Assembly: GCA_037142235.1 (NCBI GenBank)
Contig: JBAXBB010000001.1
Location: forward strand, 7,784-71,783
Direction: 5' to 3'
DNA: 64,000 nt
Source of the DNA: Actinomycetes bacterium
Lineage (GTDB): Bacteria; Actinomycetota; Acidimicrobiia; IMCC26256; PALSA-555
Shown: positions 62,582 to 64,000 of the stretch, piece by piece
Layout: the number at the start of each line of letters is the position of its first letter
Position numbering within the stretch: position 1 is the first letter of the stretch
Translations under genes and position numbers: made by a program
Notes under the pieces: generated by a model
The model's input: only the letters and a program-made list of their open reading frames with translations
Told to the model about the DNA's origin: nothing
Databases searched by the model: none

Positions 62582-64000
62582 GTGACTCCGTACCTCGACT
62601 ACCACGGGCTGGCTCCGGAGATCGTCCTCACGGCGGTCATCCTGATCGCGCTCGTCGTCGACCTCGTCTGGAAGGAAGCGGCACGATCGGTCGTGCCGCA
62701 GATCGCCGGGGTGGGTCTCCTCGGCACCCTGGTCCCGATCGCGACGCTCGCCGCCGACGGCCACACCCGCACGATGTTCGGCGGCGCTTTCGTCGTCGAC
62801 AACTACTCGTTGGCGTTCGCCGCCTTCTTCGTGGTGGTCGGCTACGTCTCGCTGCTGCTGTCCTACGACTACATCGCCGACGGCGACTACTACCAGGGTG
62901 AGTACTACGTCCTCCTGCTCACTTCGGTGCTCGGCATGGTGGTCCTGGCCTCGTCGCGTGACCTCATCACGATCTTCGTGGCGCTCGAGACGGTGACCCT
63001 GCCCTCCTTCGTGCTGGCCGGATGGCGCAAACACGACACGCGCTCGAACGAAGCGGCGATCAAGTACTTCCTGATCGGCGTGCTCTCGACCGCGGTGATG
63101 CTCTACGGGATGTCGATCGTCTACGGCATGAGCGGGACGACGCTCCTGGCGGGCATCGCGGCAGCCGCCGCAGCCCACCAGGCCCCGCTGTTCGCGGTGG
63201 CGATCGCCCTGGTCCTCGGCGGCTTTGCCTTCAAGGTCTCGGCGGTGCCGTTCCACTTCTGGACCCCGGACACCTACGAGGGCGCCCCCACTCCGGTGAC
63301 GGCGTTCCTCTCGGTCGCCTCCAAGGCGGCCGGGTTCGTGGGGCTCTTGACGGTAGTGCGGTTCGCCTTCTTCCCGTCCCACCTCTCGTGGCAGCCGGTG
63401 CTGTGGGGTCTGGCGGCCGCGTCGATCGTGGTCGGCAACCTGGCGGCGCTCCGTCAGACCAACGTCGTGCGGATGCTCGCCTATTCGTCGATCGCCCAGG
63501 GAGGTTTCATTCTGGTCCCGTTGGCGGTCGCGGGCAGCGGATCCTCGGCCAAGGTCGGCTACGAGGGCGTCTTCATCTACCTCCTGGTGTACGCCGCCAT
63601 GAACCTCGGCGCGTTCGCCTGCGTGATCGCCAACGCGCGCCGCACCCGGTCGGGTGAGATCACCTCGTTCGCCGGGCTGGGCCGGACCAACCCCGCCCTG
63701 GCGGTCGTCTTCTCGATCTTCCTCTTCTCGCTGGCCGGAGTTCCCCCGTTCGCGGGTTGGTTCGCCAAGTTCGTCATGTTCCGGGCGGTCCTCGAGAACG
63801 GGTCGACGGGTGCGGTGATCCTCGGCGTGATCGCGGCGGTCTTCTCGGTCGTGGCGTTCTTCTATTACGCAGGAGTCGTCCGCCAGATCTGGTTCCACGA
63901 CCCGGCCGACCTCGGTGCCGACACTGCGTCGAAGCTGCCGGTGGCCCTCACTGCGGCGCTGTCGATCACGCTGGCCGTGGTCCTCGTGATCGGCGTCTAC
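62582..64000 (+). CDS. nuoN: Complex I-like subunit N (operon 2), 3'-truncated by the window end
   Basis: My own translation from GTG at 62582 gives VTPYLDYHGLAPEIV...FKVSAVPFHFWTPDTYEGAPTPVTAFLSVASKAAGF...MLAYSSIAQGGF. It is absent from the ORF track because there is no stop codon in the window. Confidence 0.9.
   Translation, partial: MTPYLDYHGLAPEIVLTAVILIALVVDLVWKEAARSVVPQIAGVGLLGTLVPIATLAADGHTRTMFGGAFVVDNYSLAFAAFFVVVGYVSLLLSYDYIADGDYYQGEYYVLLLTSVLGMVVLASSRDLITIFVALETVTLPSFVLAGWRKHDTRSNEAAIKYFLIGVLSTAVMLYGMSIVYGMSGTTLLAGIAAAAAAHQAPLFAVAIALVLGGFAFKVSAVPFHFWTPDTYEGAPTPVTAFLSVASKAAGFVGLLTVVRFAFFPSHLSWQPVLWGLAAASIVVGNLAALRQTNVVRMLAYSSIAQGGFILVPLAVAGSGSSAKVGYEGVFIYLLVYAAMNLGAFACVIANARRTRSGEITSFAGLGRTNPALAVVFSIFLFSLAGVPPFAGWFAKFVMFRAVLENGSTGAVILGVIAAVFSVVAFFYYAGVVRQIWFHDPADLGADTASKLPVALTAALSITLAVVLVIGVY

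Noticed and set aside
40537-63898. Other very long antisense ORFs: 40537..43056-, 45904..47808-, 48525..49565-, 59395..61755- and 62549..63898-; also 12980..15088-
   Set aside because: Each lies opposite a strongly supported gene on the other strand (the nuo genes, or, for 12980..15088-, the 12.7-15.4 kb genes) and shows Arg/Asp/His/Pro low-complexity composition. None has a Shine-Dalgarno sequence or a leaderless -10.
35834-64000. The two nuo operons as a recent segmental duplication
   Set aside because: I see no DNA-level identity. The protein paralogues differ in length, termini and many conserved-block residues, and the gene content differs (14 vs 11). They are ancient paralogues or were acquired separately.
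53755-64000. Operon 2 as a group-4 [NiFe] hydrogenase (Ech/Hyf/Mbh) or Mrp antiporter locus
   Set aside because: The NuoD2 homologue lacks the N-terminal RxCGxC and C-terminal DPCxxC nickel-binding motifs (it has GPQHPATHG and ends GDIDR). The full NuoA, J, K, L, M and N set is present in complex I order.

Overview
This is a gene-dense, roughly 70% GC chromosomal segment with about 75 CDS. I found no rRNA, tRNA, CRISPR array or mobile element by eye. The gene order mshA-ybjN ... proC ... small excisionase-type HTH ... hemA-hemC-hemD-hemB-hemL matches conserved Actinomycetota synteny (Mycobacterium-like). The Firmicute/b6-type split cytochrome b suggests a deep-branching actinobacterial lineage such as Acidimicrobiia, but that is inference. 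From 5' to 3' the window contains: a HIT protein (partial); three SDRs, a thioesterase, a DUF4236 protein and a sugar-phosphate isomerase; a ZnuBC-like metal ABC importer with no binding-protein gene, plus a candidate Zur box; a secreted SGNH hydrolase; a copper locus (unknown exported protein divergent from a CopC-CopD fusion) followed by a DsbB-type/CPHC-redoxin pair and a Fur/Zur-like regulator; SirB1-like and Lon-N genes; a leaderless operon (acidic peptide, MoaD-like Ubl, RsiG-like protein, XRE regulator); mshA, ybjN and proC; a geranylgeranyl (MenJ-like) reductase; an 8-gene Rieske/cytochrome b6-type cluster that also carries a ferredoxin and unknown membrane proteins; the sirC-hemA-hemC-cobA/hemD-hemB-hemL operon; an HTH plus DUF62 SAM-hydrolase pair; a complete 14-gene nuoA-N operon; amidohydrolase, rpiA and patatin genes; and a second, 11-gene nuo operon (nuoABCDHIJKLMN, no nuoEFG) that runs off the window. 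The most unusual items are four. First, the b6-type bc cluster with a dedicated 2x[4Fe-4S] ferredoxin and uncharacterised subunits. Second, the N-module-less second complex I. Third, the acidic-peptide/Ubl/RsiG-like/XRE operon. Fourth, a very regular leaderless-promoter architecture (TANNNT, then 6 nt, then the start codon) at ten transcription units. All functional calls rest on motif and family recognition by eye. No database search was run.
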